From Candidatus Dechloromonas phosphorivorans (GTDB lineage: Bacteria > Pseudomonadota > Gammaproteobacteria > Burkholderiales > Rhodocyclaceae): a stretch of 64,000 nt of DNA. The stretch is from NCBI GenBank assembly GCA_016714975.1, contig JADKBR010000001.1, positions 635,074-699,073 of the forward strand. The letters are read 5' to 3'. Below the pieces are notes generated by a model. The model did not search any database. It was not told the origin of the DNA and saw nothing but the letters and a program-made list of their open reading frames with translations. The translations under genes and the position numbers were made by a program. Shown here piece by piece: positions 46,697 through 57,381 of this stretch; position 1 is the first letter of the stretch; the number at the start of each line of letters is the position of its first letter.

Positions 46697-49309
46697 TTAC
46701 TGTGTCGTAAGCAGGCTGCTGGAAGAGGTCAACTCGTTGGACTTGCCGTAACCGGGAATCGAGCGGCGCAGAAGCGAGATGGGATTGGAACCGACGCTGC
46801 CAAAATCGTTGAGCTCGAGTTGCAGGAACAGCGTGGTATTCGGCGTACCGGCAATGGCCGCCAGGCGCTGGGCGACAACCCGGGTCGCCCAGCAACCGGC
46901 ATTGTATTCGAAGCCGGCAATGGCCTCGAGCAATTGCGGGGCAATCGTGTCCGTATTGAGCAGCGAGTAGTTGAAGCGCCCGACGGCATAGAGGCGGCGA
47001 GTCAGCGGCCATTGGCCGGCGATGTCGATCTGGCTGACCTGCGGTACCCCGAGCGTTGGCTCGCGGGTATATCGATAGCCGGCGCTGATCACCTTGGCCA
47101 GCTCCGGCTGGTAACGCAGTCCGGCAGACACACGCTCGTTCAGGCCATCACGGTAGTTATAGTCCCAGGCGACATCGGCGTAGGTCTTGGGCAAGACCAG
47201 CCCGCTGAATGCAGCGAGCAAGTCGGAATAGCCCTGCTGCTCATTGCCAAGCGGAACAATCGGTGACTTGAGCGGTGTGTAGTTGAGCGTCACACGGCTC
47301 GGGCTGAAGTAGTAACGCTGGCCGATCATCGCCTTGAAGCGCTCGACCCCCGTCTCGGCGTCGAGCATGCGTGTGGTCACCGCGGCCGTCAACTGATTGG
47401 CGTCATTGATGCGGTCGTAGCCGCTGAAGCGGTTCTCGGAAAACATCTGGGCGAAGTTGAAGTCCGCTTGGGCGGTATCGAAAAGAGGGATGTCGCTTTG
47501 ATTCTTGTAGGGGATATTCACATAGTACAAGCGCGGTTCGAGCGTCTGGATGAAAGCCTTGTCGAGTAGACTGGTTTCGCGCTCGAAGATCACGCTGGAA
47601 TCCACGGTAAACGTGGGGAGCACCCGCGAGATGTTGGAGTCCGCCCCGGCGACGGTCTGATTGCTCAGCGCGTACTGAGTCACGTTAACCCCAACCTTGG
47701 GAATGAAAGTGAACGCCGGGTGCACGATCGGCAGCGAAAACTGCGGGTAGATCACCATGCGGTCGCCCTGAACTCGTGTCTGGTGGATGAAGCGCGAGTA
47801 CTGCCCAATCAAAGTGAGATCCGTGCCCAGCAGATCGGGCTTGAAGCCGACCAGATTGACTTGTGGTTCGAGAAAGTAGGGAACCGCGACCGGGTTCGCC
47901 GGATCGGTCTGCAGCGTCTGGTAGCGCAGGACCTGCATGTTGGTCTGGAGCCACGGAGATGGCCAATAGGCGACCGTCAACTGCTGCGGCAACTGGACCT
48001 GCGAGGTCTGCACCAGACGGGACGACATGTCCTGCCAATAGAAGTTGTCCGACACGCGGTTGTAGTTGACTACGGCGGAAACCCCTTGGCCGAGGTTCTG
48101 CTGGTGATTAATCATGTACGCGTAGCGCTCACGGTCGGCCAACTTGTCATAGGGCATGTACTCTGCCGTGTAGACATTGGGAGTGTTTGCGTTGGGCGTA
48201 TTGAAATCGACGTAGCGCACTTCGGCACCCAGTTGCAGGCCACGCTTGCTCATGTAGCGGGGAAGGATGAGCGCGTCGTAGTTCGGGGCAATGTTCCAGT
48301 AGTAGGGGACCGTCAGGTCCAGGCCATCACGCGTCGAGGTCGAGAAAAAGGGATGCATCACGCCCGAACGCCGCTGGTGGTTGAGCGCAAAAGTCATGGC
48401 CGGCGTATAGAAAATCGGAACATCCATGAACCAGACCGAGGCGTTTTTCGCATCCCCTACGTCGCGATCGTAATCGAGATGCGTTTCCGTGGCTCGCAGG
48501 TACCAGTCCTTCTCACCCGGCCTGCACGTTGAGTAGGTGCTATCGAACAGCGTAATCTGGTTCTCGCCCTCGAAATCGATCCGTTCCGCGGTGCCGCTCC
48601 CCAAGGAAGGGCGAGTGCGCGGCGCCTCTGTCGGCAGGCCGTAGCTGCTGGCGATGTTCGTCATCATCGGTGCGCTGGAACTTACTGCATTTGAAGCGGC
48701 GTTGCTGACGACCACCGTCGTCGCCTTGTAGAACTTGCTCTCAACCTGTTTGACGATCAGGAAATCGGCATCCTCGGCGAAGCCGACCTGCTCGGACAGC
48801 TTCATGCGGACATGCGGCGCGTTGAATTCCGCGCCTTGCTGCAGCATGCGCACCTTGCCGGTTGCGTCGATCTCGTCATCGAGCGGCCAGTAAACCATCT
48901 TGTCACCGAAGACTTGGGTATCCAGCTTGCGCAGTTCGACATCCCCGGTGGCCACCGCCATGTCATCGGTGCGTCCTTCGATCCTCCCCGCAGCGACAAA
49001 CAGCGGGTAGGCATCATCCTTCTTGAGTTCGACCGGGTAGGGAATCCCGACCTCCGGCATGAGTGGCGGCCTCTTGCCACCCAGCACGTTGAACCGACGC
49101 TCGACCCGCAGGCTGAGCGGCAGATCATCCTCAACGAGCAACCCGGCACCGCCCTTGACGGCAGCGCCCCGGCTTGCCGGGACGGCTTGCCGGAAGACGG
49201 ATGCAGCAAGCAACAGTCCGTCAGGATCCTGAGCAGCATGACTCGCCGGCACAGCCGCAAACAGGCAAGCCGCGAGACAGGCAAACGGATGAGGCGCCGG
49301 ATCAGGCAT
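46697..49309 (-). CDS. lptD: LPS-assembly outer membrane protein LptD
   Basis: [50 protein letters not shown]; operon context; start uncertain (49309 chosen). Confidence 0.93.
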   Translation of the reverse strand: MPDPAPHPFACLAACLFAAVPASHAAQDPDGLLLAASVFRQAVPASRGAAVKGGAGLLVEDDLPLSLRVERRFNVLGGKRPPLMPEVGIPYPVELKKDDAYPLFVAAGRIEGRTDDMAVATGDVELRKLDTQVFGDKMVYWPLDDEIDATGKVRMLQQGAEFNAPHVRMKLSEQVGFAEDADFLIVKQVESKFYKATTVVVSNAASNAVSSSAPMMTNIASSYGLPTEAPRTRPSLGSGTAERIDFEGENQITLFDSTYSTCRPGEKDWYLRATETHLDYDRDVGDAKNASVWFMDVPIFYTPAMTFALNHQRRSGVMHPFFSTSTRDGLDLTVPYYWNIAPNYDALILPRYMSKRGLQLGAEVRYVDFNTPNANTPNVYTAEYMPYDKLADRERYAYMINHQQNLGQGVSAVVNYNRVSDNFYWQDMSSRLVQTSQVQLPQQLTVAYWPSPWLQTNMQVLRYQTLQTDPANPVAVPYFLEPQVNLVGFKPDLLGTDLTLIGQYSRFIHQTRVQGDRMVIYPQFSLPIVHPAFTFIPKVGVNVTQYALSNQTVAGADSNISRVLPTFTVDSSVIFERETSLLDKAFIQTLEPRLYYVNIPYKNQSDIPLFDTAQADFNFAQMFSENRFSGYDRINDANQLTAAVTTRMLDAETGVERFKAMIGQRYYFSPSRVTLNYTPLKSPIVPLGNEQQGYSDLLAAFSGLVLPKTYADVAWDYNYRDGLNERVSAGLRYQPELAKVISAGYRYTREPTLGVPQVSQIDIAGQWPLTRRLYAVGRFNYSLLNTDTIAPQLLEAIAGFEYNAGCWATRVVAQRLAAIAGTPNTTLFLQLELNDFGSVGSNPISLLRRSIPGYGKSNELTSSSSLLTTQ

Positions 49310-49407
49310 CTGACGGTGGCAGGCAAGAGTCGATATGATGAGCCCCGGGAGGAATGGTGACCGAGTGTTAAAATCGGGCATTTTACAACGAACCATCGGC
49401 CTTCCTG

Positions 49408-50421
49408 ATGTCGCGCGATCAACTTGTTACCGACTGGGTTGCCAGTCGCTTTTCGAATCAGTCAGTGGAGATCACGCCGGCCTCCGCCGATGCCAGTTTC
49501 CGCCGCTATTTCCGCCTGACCTGGCCTGATGGCGGAACGCACGTCTTGATGGATGCGCCGCCGGAAAAAGAGGACTGCAATCCCTTCATCCACGTCGCCG
49601 GCCTGCTTGCCAAGGCCGGGCTGGCCGCGCCGCGCATCCTCGACCAGGATCTCGCCAACGGCTTCCTGGTGCTGACCGATCTCGGCCGCGTCGGCTATCT
49701 CGACGCACTGAACGCCGACCTCAGCCTGGCCGATACGCTGATGCGCCCGGTTCTCGACGTCCTGGTCAAGTGGCAATTGTCCTCCAGGGCGGGCACCCTG
49801 CCCCCCTACGACGCAACCCTGCTTCGGCGTGAACTCGATCTCTTTCCGGAATGGTTCGTCGGGCGTCACCTCGGCTATCAGTTGAGCGACGACGAAAAAT
49901 TTATGCTCGACCGGACTTTCAGGTTCCTGATCAACAGCGCGCTGGCTCAGCCCAAGGTTTTCACCCACCGTGACTTCATGCCGCGCAACCTGATGGTAGT
50001 GGAAAGCGAAGCCAATTTGACGCCCGGCATCATCGATTTCCAGGATGCCGTCTACGGCCCGATCGCCTACGACGTCGTCTCGCTGTTCCGCGACGCCTTC
50101 ATCTCCTGGGACGAAGAACAGGAAATCGACTGGGTCGTCCGCTACTGGGAGAAGGCCCGCGCCGCCGGCTTGCCGGTACGCGAGGACTTTGGCGATTTCT
50201 GGCGCGACTACGAACTTATGGGCCTGCAGCGCCACCTCAAGGTGCTCGGCATCTTCTGCCGCCTGAAGTACCGCGACGGCAAGGACAAGTACATCGAGGA
50301 TCTGCCGCGCTTCATGAACTATGCGCGCAAGACGGCCGGTCGCTACGTCGCGCTGAAGCCGTTGCTCACCCTGCTCGACACCCTCGACGGCAAGAGCGCG
50401 GAAGTCGGCTACACCTTCTGA
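49408..50421 (+). CDS. amgK: Anomeric MurNAc/GlcNAc kinase (phosphotransferase family)
   Basis: [42 protein letters not shown]; divergent from lptD and followed by murU. Confidence 0.88.
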   Translation: MSRDQLVTDWVASRFSNQSVEITPASADASFRRYFRLTWPDGGTHVLMDAPPEKEDCNPFIHVAGLLAKAGLAAPRILDQDLANGFLVLTDLGRVGYLDALNADLSLADTLMRPVLDVLVKWQLSSRAGTLPPYDATLLRRELDLFPEWFVGRHLGYQLSDDEKFMLDRTFRFLINSALAQPKVFTHRDFMPRNLMVVESEANLTPGIIDFQDAVYGPIAYDVVSLFRDAFISWDEEQEIDWVVRYWEKARAAGLPVREDFGDFWRDYELMGLQRHLKVLGIFCRLKYRDGKDKYIEDLPRFMNYARKTAGRYVALKPLLTLLDTLDGKSAEVGYTF

Positions 50422-51131
50422 TGAAAGCCTTCATCCTTGCCGCAGGGCGGGGCGAACGCATGCGCCCGCTGACCAACCACACGCCCAAGCCGCTGTTGCC
50501 GGCGGGCGGCAAGCCGCTCATCGCCTGGCATCTGGAACGACTGGCTGCAGCCGGGTTCACCGAGGTCGTCATCAACCACGCCCACCTCGGCGAGAAGATC
50601 GAGGCAGCGCTCGGCGACGGCTCGCAGTGGGGCCTGAGAATCCGCTATTCGCCGGAACCGCCAGGCGCGCTGGAAACCGCCGGCGGCATTGCCAACGCCC
50701 TGCCCCTGCTCGGCGACGAGGTATTTCTCGTAGTCAATGGCGACGTCTATTGCGACATCGATTTTGGCCGTTTTTCCGGGTTGACCCTAGGGCCAGCCGT
50801 TGACTCCATGGTCGCGGCAGGCAACCAACCAGTCGCCCACCTCGTCATGGTCGCCAACCCGGTGCACCATGCCGACGGCGATTTCAACATCGACGGCCAG
50901 CGCATCACTTTCGCGCGGGGTGTGGAGACACTGACCTACGCCGGCATCGCGGTATTTTCTCCATCCTTCTTCGCCGACGTGCCGCGCGGCTCGGTCATGA
51001 AGCTCTATCCGCTGCTCGCCGCCGCCATCGCCGCCGGCACACTGACGGGGGAACGTCACAGCGGCCGCTGGGTCGACGTCGGCACCCCGCAACGTCTGGC
51101 CGAACTGGATGCCGAATTGACAAAGCCATGA
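50421..51131 (+). CDS. murU: N-acetylmuramate alpha-1-phosphate uridylyltransferase
   Basis: ILAAGRGERMRPLT, LETAGGI, VNGDV, WVDVGTPQRL. Confidence 0.9.
   Translation: MKAFILAAGRGERMRPLTNHTPKPLLPAGGKPLIAWHLERLAAAGFTEVVINHAHLGEKIEAALGDGSQWGLRIRYSPEPPGALETAGGIANALPLLGDEVFLVVNGDVYCDIDFGRFSGLTLGPAVDSMVAAGNQPVAHLVMVANPVHHADGDFNIDGQRITFARGVETLTYAGIAVFSPSFFADVPRGSVMKLYPLLAAAIAAGTLTGERHSGRWVDVGTPQRLAELDAELTKP
50761..50788 (-). repeat. Dispersed motif copy inside murU
   Basis: AGGGTCAACCCGGAAAAACGGCCAAAAT on the minus strand; 22/26 ungapped match to the 12161 copy. Confidence 0.6.
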
Positions 51132-52426
51132 GCCACGCCCATTTCATCGCCCGCCGCAAGCGCCTGCTGAAGACCATCGGCGACGGCGTCGCCGTCGTGC
51201 CGACCGCGCCGGAAGTCATGCGCAACCGCGACGCCCACCACCTCTATCGTTTCGACAGCTACTTCTGGTACCTGACCGGCTTCCCCGAACCGGAAGCGGT
51301 GGTCGTGCTGATCGGCGGGAGGAAGCCGAAATCCATCCTGTTCTGCCGCGAAAAGCATGAAGAGCGTGAGATCTGGGACGGCTACCGCTACGGCCCGAAG
51401 GCAGCCAAGGCCGCTTTCGGTTTCGACGCCGCCTACCCAATCGAACAACTCGACAAGAAACTGCCCCAATTTCTCGTCGACCGCGACACGCTATGGCACG
51501 CCATCGGCCATGACGCCGAATGGGATGCCCGTATCGCCAAGGCGCTCAACGAAGTCCGCGCCCAGACCCGGGCCGGCAAGCGGGCGCCGCGCGCCATCCA
51601 CGACCTGCGCGCCGAACTCGACGCCATGCGCCTGGTCAAGGACGCCGCCGAGGCCGGGATCCAGCAGCGCTCGGCCGACATCGCCAGCGCCGGACACGCT
51701 CGCGCCATGCGCGCCTGCCGCCCCGGCCTGGCCGAGTACGAGCTCGAAGCAGAGCTGAGCTACGAGTTCCGCAAGCGCGGTGCGGATGCCCACGCCTACA
51801 CACCCATCGTCGCTGGTGGCGCCAACGCCTGCGTGCTGCATTACGTCGCCAATGACAAGCTGCTCAACGACCACACGCTGGTCCTGATCGACGCCGGCTG
51901 CGAAGTCGCAGGCTACGCCGCCGACATCACCCGGACCTTTCCCGTCAATGGCCGCTTCAACGCGCCGCAGAAGGACGTCTACGAAATCGTCCTCGCCGCA
52001 CAGACGGCAGCGATCGCCGCCACCGCTCCCGGCCGCCATTTCATGGAAGGCCATGAAGCCGCCGTGCGCGTACTCACGCAAGGGCTGGTCGACCTCAAGC
52101 TGCTACAGGGCGACCTCGACAACCTGATCGACAAAGGTGACTACAAGCGTTTCTACATGCACCGCACCGGCCACTGGCTCGGCCTCGACGTGCACGACGC
52201 CGGCGAATACAAGGTCGGTGACGCGTGGACCACTCTCCAGCCGGGCATGACGCTGACCGTCGAACCGGGCCTCTACATCCGCCCCGCCGAGGACATCCCG
52301 CTGGCGCTGGCCGGCATCGGCATCCGCATCGAGGATGACGTGCGCGTCAGCGAAACCGGGTGCCACATCTTCACGACGGCCCCGAAAACCATCGCCGAAA
52401 TCGAGGAGGTCATGCGCCATGACTGA
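51128..52426 (+). CDS. pepP: Xaa-Pro aminopeptidase
   Basis: FWYLTGF, LIDAGCE, ADITRTFP, HWLGLDVHD, TVEPGLY, GIRIEDD. Confidence 0.95.
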   Translation: MSHAHFIARRKRLLKTIGDGVAVVPTAPEVMRNRDAHHLYRFDSYFWYLTGFPEPEAVVVLIGGRKPKSILFCREKHEEREIWDGYRYGPKAAKAAFGFDAAYPIEQLDKKLPQFLVDRDTLWHAIGHDAEWDARIAKALNEVRAQTRAGKRAPRAIHDLRAELDAMRLVKDAAEAGIQQRSADIASAGHARAMRACRPGLAEYELEAELSYEFRKRGADAHAYTPIVAGGANACVLHYVANDKLLNDHTLVLIDAGCEVAGYAADITRTFPVNGRFNAPQKDVYEIVLAAQTAAIAATAPGRHFMEGHEAAVRVLTQGLVDLKLLQGDLDNLIDKGDYKRFYMHRTGHWLGLDVHDAGEYKVGDAWTTLQPGMTLTVEPGLYIRPAEDIPLALAGIGIRIEDDVRVSETGCHIFTTAPKTIAEIEEVMRHD

Positions 52427-53564
52427 GCAGTTCGCCGAGCACGTCGACATCCTGATCATCGGCGCCGGCCCGGTGGGGATGACGCTGAATCTTGCCCTCG
52501 CTGCGGGTGGCCAGAAATCGCTCCTTGTCGACCGTCGACCGCGCGCGGCGCAGCAGGACGACCCGCGCGCCCTCGCCCTCGCGCACGGCGCCCGGCAACT
52601 GCTGGAACAGATCAGAACCTGGCCGACGCGCGCAGCGACGCCGATCGAAACCATCCACGTCTCGCAGAAGGAAGGTTTCGGCCGCACCGTCATCGACCGT
52701 GCCGACTACGACCTGCCGGCGCTCGGCTACGTCGTGCGCTACCGCGATCTCGCAGCCGAACTCGCTGCACAACTGTCGGCCGACGACTTGCTCGATGCCG
52801 TCGACATCGTCGGCATCAGCCACTGCGACGATCACGTTAGTGTTTCCCTGCACCACGCCGGCATCCTGCGCACCATCCGCGCAAAGGTGCTGATCCACGC
52901 CGAAGGCACCCCCGGCGCCGACCCGGCGGTCAAGGTCAGCGATTACGGCCAGCATGCGGTGATCGCCGAAATCACTCCGCAACCCGGCCACAACGAGCGC
53001 GCCTGGGAACGCTTCACGGCGGACGGCCCGCTCGCCCTGCTGCCGCTCGGCAACCAATACTCGGTCGTGTTCACGTTGCCGCCGGACAAGGCCAATGCCG
53101 TCCTGGCGCTCGACGACGACGCCTTTACCGCAGCGCTGCAGGAGCAGTTCGGCAAGCGGATGACATTCAGCAACCCCGGCCCGCGCAGCCGTTTCCCGCT
53201 CGCCCTGCGCATGCGTGAATCGCTGGTCAAGGGCCGCGAGGTGTGGATCGGCAACACCGCGCAAACGCTGCATCCGGTCTCCGGCCAAGGCTTCAACCTT
53301 GGCCTGCGAGACGCCTGGCAACTCGCTGAAATACTGCTCGCAAACGGCGTCGACCGCAGCAGCCTGGCCAGCTACGCAGCCAGCCGTCGCCTCGACCGCC
53401 AAGGCAGCGCCCTGTTCACCGACCAGATAGTCCGCGCCTTTTCCAATGATTTCGGCCCGCTCAAGCTGGCGCGCGGCCTCGGCCTCCTCGCCCTCGACCT
53501 CTTCCCGCCGGCCCGCCATTTCGTTGCCAAGCGGATGATCTGGGGCGCCCGCGCCTGGCCGTGA
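52419..53564 (+). CDS. ubiH: UbiH/UbiF family FAD-dependent hydroxylase
   Basis: IIGAGPVG, AWERFT..GPLALLP, GNTAQTLHPVSGQGFNLGLRD; follows pepP as in other proteobacteria; start reassigned to 52419. Confidence 0.82.
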   Translation: MTEQFAEHVDILIIGAGPVGMTLNLALAAGGQKSLLVDRRPRAAQQDDPRALALAHGARQLLEQIRTWPTRAATPIETIHVSQKEGFGRTVIDRADYDLPALGYVVRYRDLAAELAAQLSADDLLDAVDIVGISHCDDHVSVSLHHAGILRTIRAKVLIHAEGTPGADPAVKVSDYGQHAVIAEITPQPGHNERAWERFTADGPLALLPLGNQYSVVFTLPPDKANAVLALDDDAFTAALQEQFGKRMTFSNPGPRSRFPLALRMRESLVKGREVWIGNTAQTLHPVSGQGFNLGLRDAWQLAEILLANGVDRSSLASYAASRRLDRQGSALFTDQIVRAFSNDFGPLKLARGLGLLALDLFPPARHFVAKRMIWGARAWP

Positions 53565-54442
53565 CCCCGAGCCGCCTGCAGGCGTGGTTTCTCGCCTGCC
53601 GCCCGAAAACACTCTCGGTCTCGCTGTCGCCGGTCCTGGTCGGCACCGCCATCGCCTGGCACGACAGCGGCCGCATCCTCTGGCTACCGCTGCTCGCCGC
53701 CGCGCTTGGTGCCGCCCTGATCCAGATCGGCACCAATCTGTTCAACGATGTCGGCGATTTCCGACGCGGCACCGACACGCCCGACCGCCTTGGCCCGAAG
53801 CGCGCCACTGCCGAAGGCTGGCTCGGCGCGGGCGTGGTCGAAGGCGCTGCCTGGCTGGCCTTCGCCCTCGCCTTCCTGTGCGGCATCTACCTGGTCGCGC
53901 ATGGCGGCTGGCCGATCGTCATCATCGGCCTCGCCTCACTCGCCGCCGGCTGGGCCTATACGGGAGGCCCGGCGCCGATTGCCTACCGGCCGCTCGGAGA
54001 AGTGTTCGTCTTCATCTTCTTCGGCCTGGTAGCCGTCGGCGGCAGCTATTACCTCCAGATGCTGACGCTGGCACCGGTTGCCGTCGTTGCTGCCACGCTG
54101 ATCGGCCTTCATGCGGCGGCGGTCATCACCGTCAACAATTACCGCGACCACGACGGTGACGCCCGCAACGGCAAGAACACGCTGGCCGTCCTGCTCGGCC
54201 GGCCGGCGACCCGACGCCTTTACAGCGCCGAGATGCTGGTGCCCTATGCCCTGTTGCCGCTGCTCGCCGCCAGCCTAGGCTGGCGCGCAACGCTGCCGTT
54301 ACTTTCTCTGCCACTGGCCCTCAGGCTGATCCAGCGCTTCAACAGCGAAGCACCCGGTCCGGTTTTCAATGGCATCCTCGCAGCCACCGCTGGATTGCAG
54401 ATGGCATATGCCCTGCTGTTATCTCTTAGTTTCGCAATCTGA
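53561..54442 (+). CDS. menA: 1,4-dihydroxy-2-naphthoate polyprenyltransferase (UbiA superfamily)
   Basis: RPKTL, QIGTNLFNDVGDFRRGTD, YTGGP, NNYRDHDGD...GKNTLAV. Confidence 0.88.
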   Translation: MTPSRLQAWFLACRPKTLSVSLSPVLVGTAIAWHDSGRILWLPLLAAALGAALIQIGTNLFNDVGDFRRGTDTPDRLGPKRATAEGWLGAGVVEGAAWLAFALAFLCGIYLVAHGGWPIVIIGLASLAAGWAYTGGPAPIAYRPLGEVFVFIFFGLVAVGGSYYLQMLTLAPVAVVAATLIGLHAAAVITVNNYRDHDGDARNGKNTLAVLLGRPATRRLYSAEMLVPYALLPLLAASLGWRATLPLLSLPLALRLIQRFNSEAPGPVFNGILAATAGLQMAYALLLSLSFAI

Positions 54443-54510
54443 CTGTTTCTTGGGCGTCTAGTCGGGTAGAATCGTTCGTTCTGCTCGTCCGGTCCACACG
54501 TCGCTCACCC

Positions 54511-55527
54511 ATGGAATTTGCCGGCTTCAACTTGCGCAATAACCTGTTCGTCGCTCCCATGGCCGGCGTAACGGACCGTCCTTTCCGTCAGTTGTGCAAG
54601 AAGATGGGCGCGGGGCTGGCAGTATCGGAAATGGTTACCTCGAACTCGCTGCTCTACGGCAGCACCAAGACGCTGCGCCGCGCCAACCACGAGGGTGAGG
54701 TCGCGCCGATTGCGGTCCAGATCGCCGGCGCCGATCCCTGGATGATGGCCGAGGCCGCCCGCCACAATGTGGACAACGGCGCCCAGATCATCGACATCAA
54801 CATGGGCTGTCCGGCCAAGAAGATCTGCAATGTGATGGCTGGCTCGGCGCTGATGCAGGATGAAACCCTGGTCGGCCGGATTCTCGACGCCGTCGTCGGC
54901 GCCATTCCCGACACCCCGGTCACGCTCAAATTTCGCACTGGCTGGAACCTGGCCAACCGCAACGCGCCGACCATTGCGCGCATCGCCGAGAGCGCGGGTG
55001 TGCGCGCCGTCGCCATCCACGGCCGGACGCGCTGCCAGCAATACACGGGCGAGGCCGAGTACGACACTATCTCGCTGGTCAAGACGCTGATCCGGATTCC
55101 CGTCATCGCCAACGGCGACATCACAACGCCGGAAAAAGCCAAGCACGTACTTGACGTGACCGGCGCCGACGGCATCATGATCGGCCGTGCCGCCCAGGGG
55201 CGCCCGTGGCTGTTCCGCGAGATCGAGCATTACCTGAAGACCGGCGAGAAGCTGCCGCCGGTTTCGGTCATCGAAATTCACGCCATTCTGCGCGCCCACC
55301 TGGAAGAGCTCCATGCTTTCTACGGGCCGGAAACCGGGTTCAAGGTCGCTCGCAAGCACATCTCCTGGTACACCAGGGGGCTGGTCGGGTCGGCAGCCTT
55401 CCGTAAGGAAATGAACACCCTGCCCAGCATCGATCGACAGATGCAGGCAGTGAACGATTTCTTCAGCCGCCTGGCGGACGAACACGAACATCTCAAATAC
55501 GAACAAGAGGAGGCGTTGGCGGCATGA
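54511..55527 (+). CDS. dusB: tRNA-dihydrouridine synthase B
   Basis: APMAGVTDRPFR, DINMGCPAKK, IHGRTR, ANGDI; upstream of fis. Confidence 0.95.
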   Translation: MEFAGFNLRNNLFVAPMAGVTDRPFRQLCKKMGAGLAVSEMVTSNSLLYGSTKTLRRANHEGEVAPIAVQIAGADPWMMAEAARHNVDNGAQIIDINMGCPAKKICNVMAGSALMQDETLVGRILDAVVGAIPDTPVTLKFRTGWNLANRNAPTIARIAESAGVRAVAIHGRTRCQQYTGEAEYDTISLVKTLIRIPVIANGDITTPEKAKHVLDVTGADGIMIGRAAQGRPWLFREIEHYLKTGEKLPPVSVIEIHAILRAHLEELHAFYGPETGFKVARKHISWYTRGLVGSAAFRKEMNTLPSIDRQMQAVNDFFSRLADEHEHLKYEQEEALAA

Positions 55528-55757
55528 GCCAGAGTGACTTGGAGAAATGCGTCACGGATTCGCTGGAGCAGTATTTCCGTGACCTCGACGGCGAGAAGCC
55601 CTCCGCGATCCATGACATGGTCTTGAAGAGCGTCGAAAAGCCGATGCTCCAAGTCGTCCTTGCCAAGGCGGGTGGCAACCAGACGCTGGCGGCGGAAATG
55701 CTCGGCATCAACCGCAACACGTTGCGCAAGAAACTCACCGAACACCAGCTACTGTAA
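55524..55757 (+). CDS. fis: Fis family DNA-binding protein
   Basis: VEKPML...[21 protein letters not shown]. Confidence 0.92.
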   Translation: MSQSDLEKCVTDSLEQYFRDLDGEKPSAIHDMVLKSVEKPMLQVVLAKAGGNQTLAAEMLGINRNTLRKKLTEHQLL

Positions 55758-55762
55758 TCGTC

Positions 55763-57355
55763 ATGACCATCAAGCAAGCGCTGATTTCCGTCTCCGACAA
55801 ACGGGGCGTCCTCGAATTTGCCCGGGGCCTCGCCGCCCAGGGCGTCAATCTGCTGTCCACCGGCGGCACCGCGAAAATGCTGCGCGACGCCGGGTTGACC
55901 GTAACGGAAATCGGCGATTACACCGGCTTCCCGGAAATGCTCGACGGCCGCGTAAAGACGCTTCACCCGAAGGTGCATGGCGGCATCCTCGCCCGGCGTG
56001 ACCTGCCGGAACATCTGGCGACCATCGAACAACATGGCATCCCGACCATCGATCTCGTCTGCGTAAACCTCTATCCATTTGCCGCGACCATCGCCAAGGC
56101 CGGCGTCACCCTGGAAGATGCCATCGAGAACATCGACATCGGCGGTCCGGCGATGGTCCGTTCGTCGGCCAAGAACTACGTCGGCGTCGCCATCGTCACC
56201 AATCCGGAAGACTACGAACCGCTGCTCGCCGAAATGAAGGCCAATGGCGGCGCGCTGCATCTCGGTACCCGCTTCAGCCTGGCGAAGAAGGCCTTCACGC
56301 ACACCGCCCGCTACGACAGCACGATTGCCAACTGGCTGACCGGCCTCGACGAAGGCGCCGAAGCCAAACCGGCCGAAGCCGCACCGACCCCGGCGATCTT
56401 CCCGAACAAACTGCAGCTGGCCTTCGACCGCGTCGAGATCCTGCGCTATGGCGAAAATTCGCACCAGTCCGCCGCTTTCTACCGCGACACCACGCCGCTG
56501 CCGGGCAGCATCGCCGCCTACACCCAGTTGCAGGGCAAGGAACTGTCGTACAACAACATCGCCGACTCCGATGCCGCCTGGGAATGCGTCAAGGCCTTCG
56601 ACGCCCCGGCCTGCGTCATCATCAAGCACGCCAACCCCTGCGGCGTCGCCATCGACGGCACCCTGCTCGGCGCTTACGAAAAGGCCTTCAAGACCGACTC
56701 GACCTCGGCCTTCGGCGGCATCATCGCCTTCAACGGCGAAGTCGGCATCGACGTGGTCAATGCCATGAACGAACGCAAGCACTTCGTCGAAGTGCTGATC
56801 GCCCCGTCCTTCACCGCTGAAGCCAGGGCGGCGCTGGCGTCCAAGGCCAACCTGCGCGTGCTCGTTGTGCCGCCAGGTCACGACCTCAACAAGCTCGAAC
56901 TCAAGCGCGTCGGCGGTGGCCTGCTGGCGCAGACGGCTGACGACTTCACCGCCCAGGCATCCGGCCTCAAGGTCGTCACCAAGCGGCGGCCGACCGCCCA
57001 GCAGATCGAAGACCTGCTCTTTGCCGAGCGCGTCGCCAAGTTCGTCAAGTCCAACGCCATCGTCTTCTGCCGCGGCGGCATGACCCTGGGCGTCGGCGCT
57101 GGCCAGATGAGCCGCGTCGATTCGACCCGGATCGCCGGCATGAAGGCGCAGAACGCCGGCCTGGACCTTAGGGGTTCGGTCGTCGCGTCGGATGCCTTTT
57201 TCCCGTTCCGCGACGGGGTCGACGTTCTGGCTACCGCCGGTGCGGCCGCTGTCATTCAGCCGGGCGGCTCGATGCGCGACGACGAAGTCATTGCCGCCGC
57301 CGACGAGCACGGCCTGGCGATGGTCATGACCGGCGCCCGCCACTTCCGTCACTGA
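55763..57355 (+). CDS. purH: Bifunctional AICAR transformylase / IMP cyclohydrolase
   Basis: [41 protein letters not shown]. Confidence 0.97.
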   Translation: MTIKQALISVSDKRGVLEFARGLAAQGVNLLSTGGTAKMLRDAGLTVTEIGDYTGFPEMLDGRVKTLHPKVHGGILARRDLPEHLATIEQHGIPTIDLVCVNLYPFAATIAKAGVTLEDAIENIDIGGPAMVRSSAKNYVGVAIVTNPEDYEPLLAEMKANGGALHLGTRFSLAKKAFTHTARYDSTIANWLTGLDEGAEAKPAEAAPTPAIFPNKLQLAFDRVEILRYGENSHQSAAFYRDTTPLPGSIAAYTQLQGKELSYNNIADSDAAWECVKAFDAPACVIIKHANPCGVAIDGTLLGAYEKAFKTDSTSAFGGIIAFNGEVGIDVVNAMNERKHFVEVLIAPSFTAEARAALASKANLRVLVVPPGHDLNKLELKRVGGGLLAQTADDFTAQASGLKVVTKRRPTAQQIEDLLFAERVAKFVKSNAIVFCRGGMTLGVGAGQMSRVDSTRIAGMKAQNAGLDLRGSVVASDAFFPFRDGVDVLATAGAAAVIQPGGSMRDDEVIAAADEHGLAMVMTGARHFRH

Positions 57356-57381
57356 CAACAATGAAATCCAAGAACTCAGGC

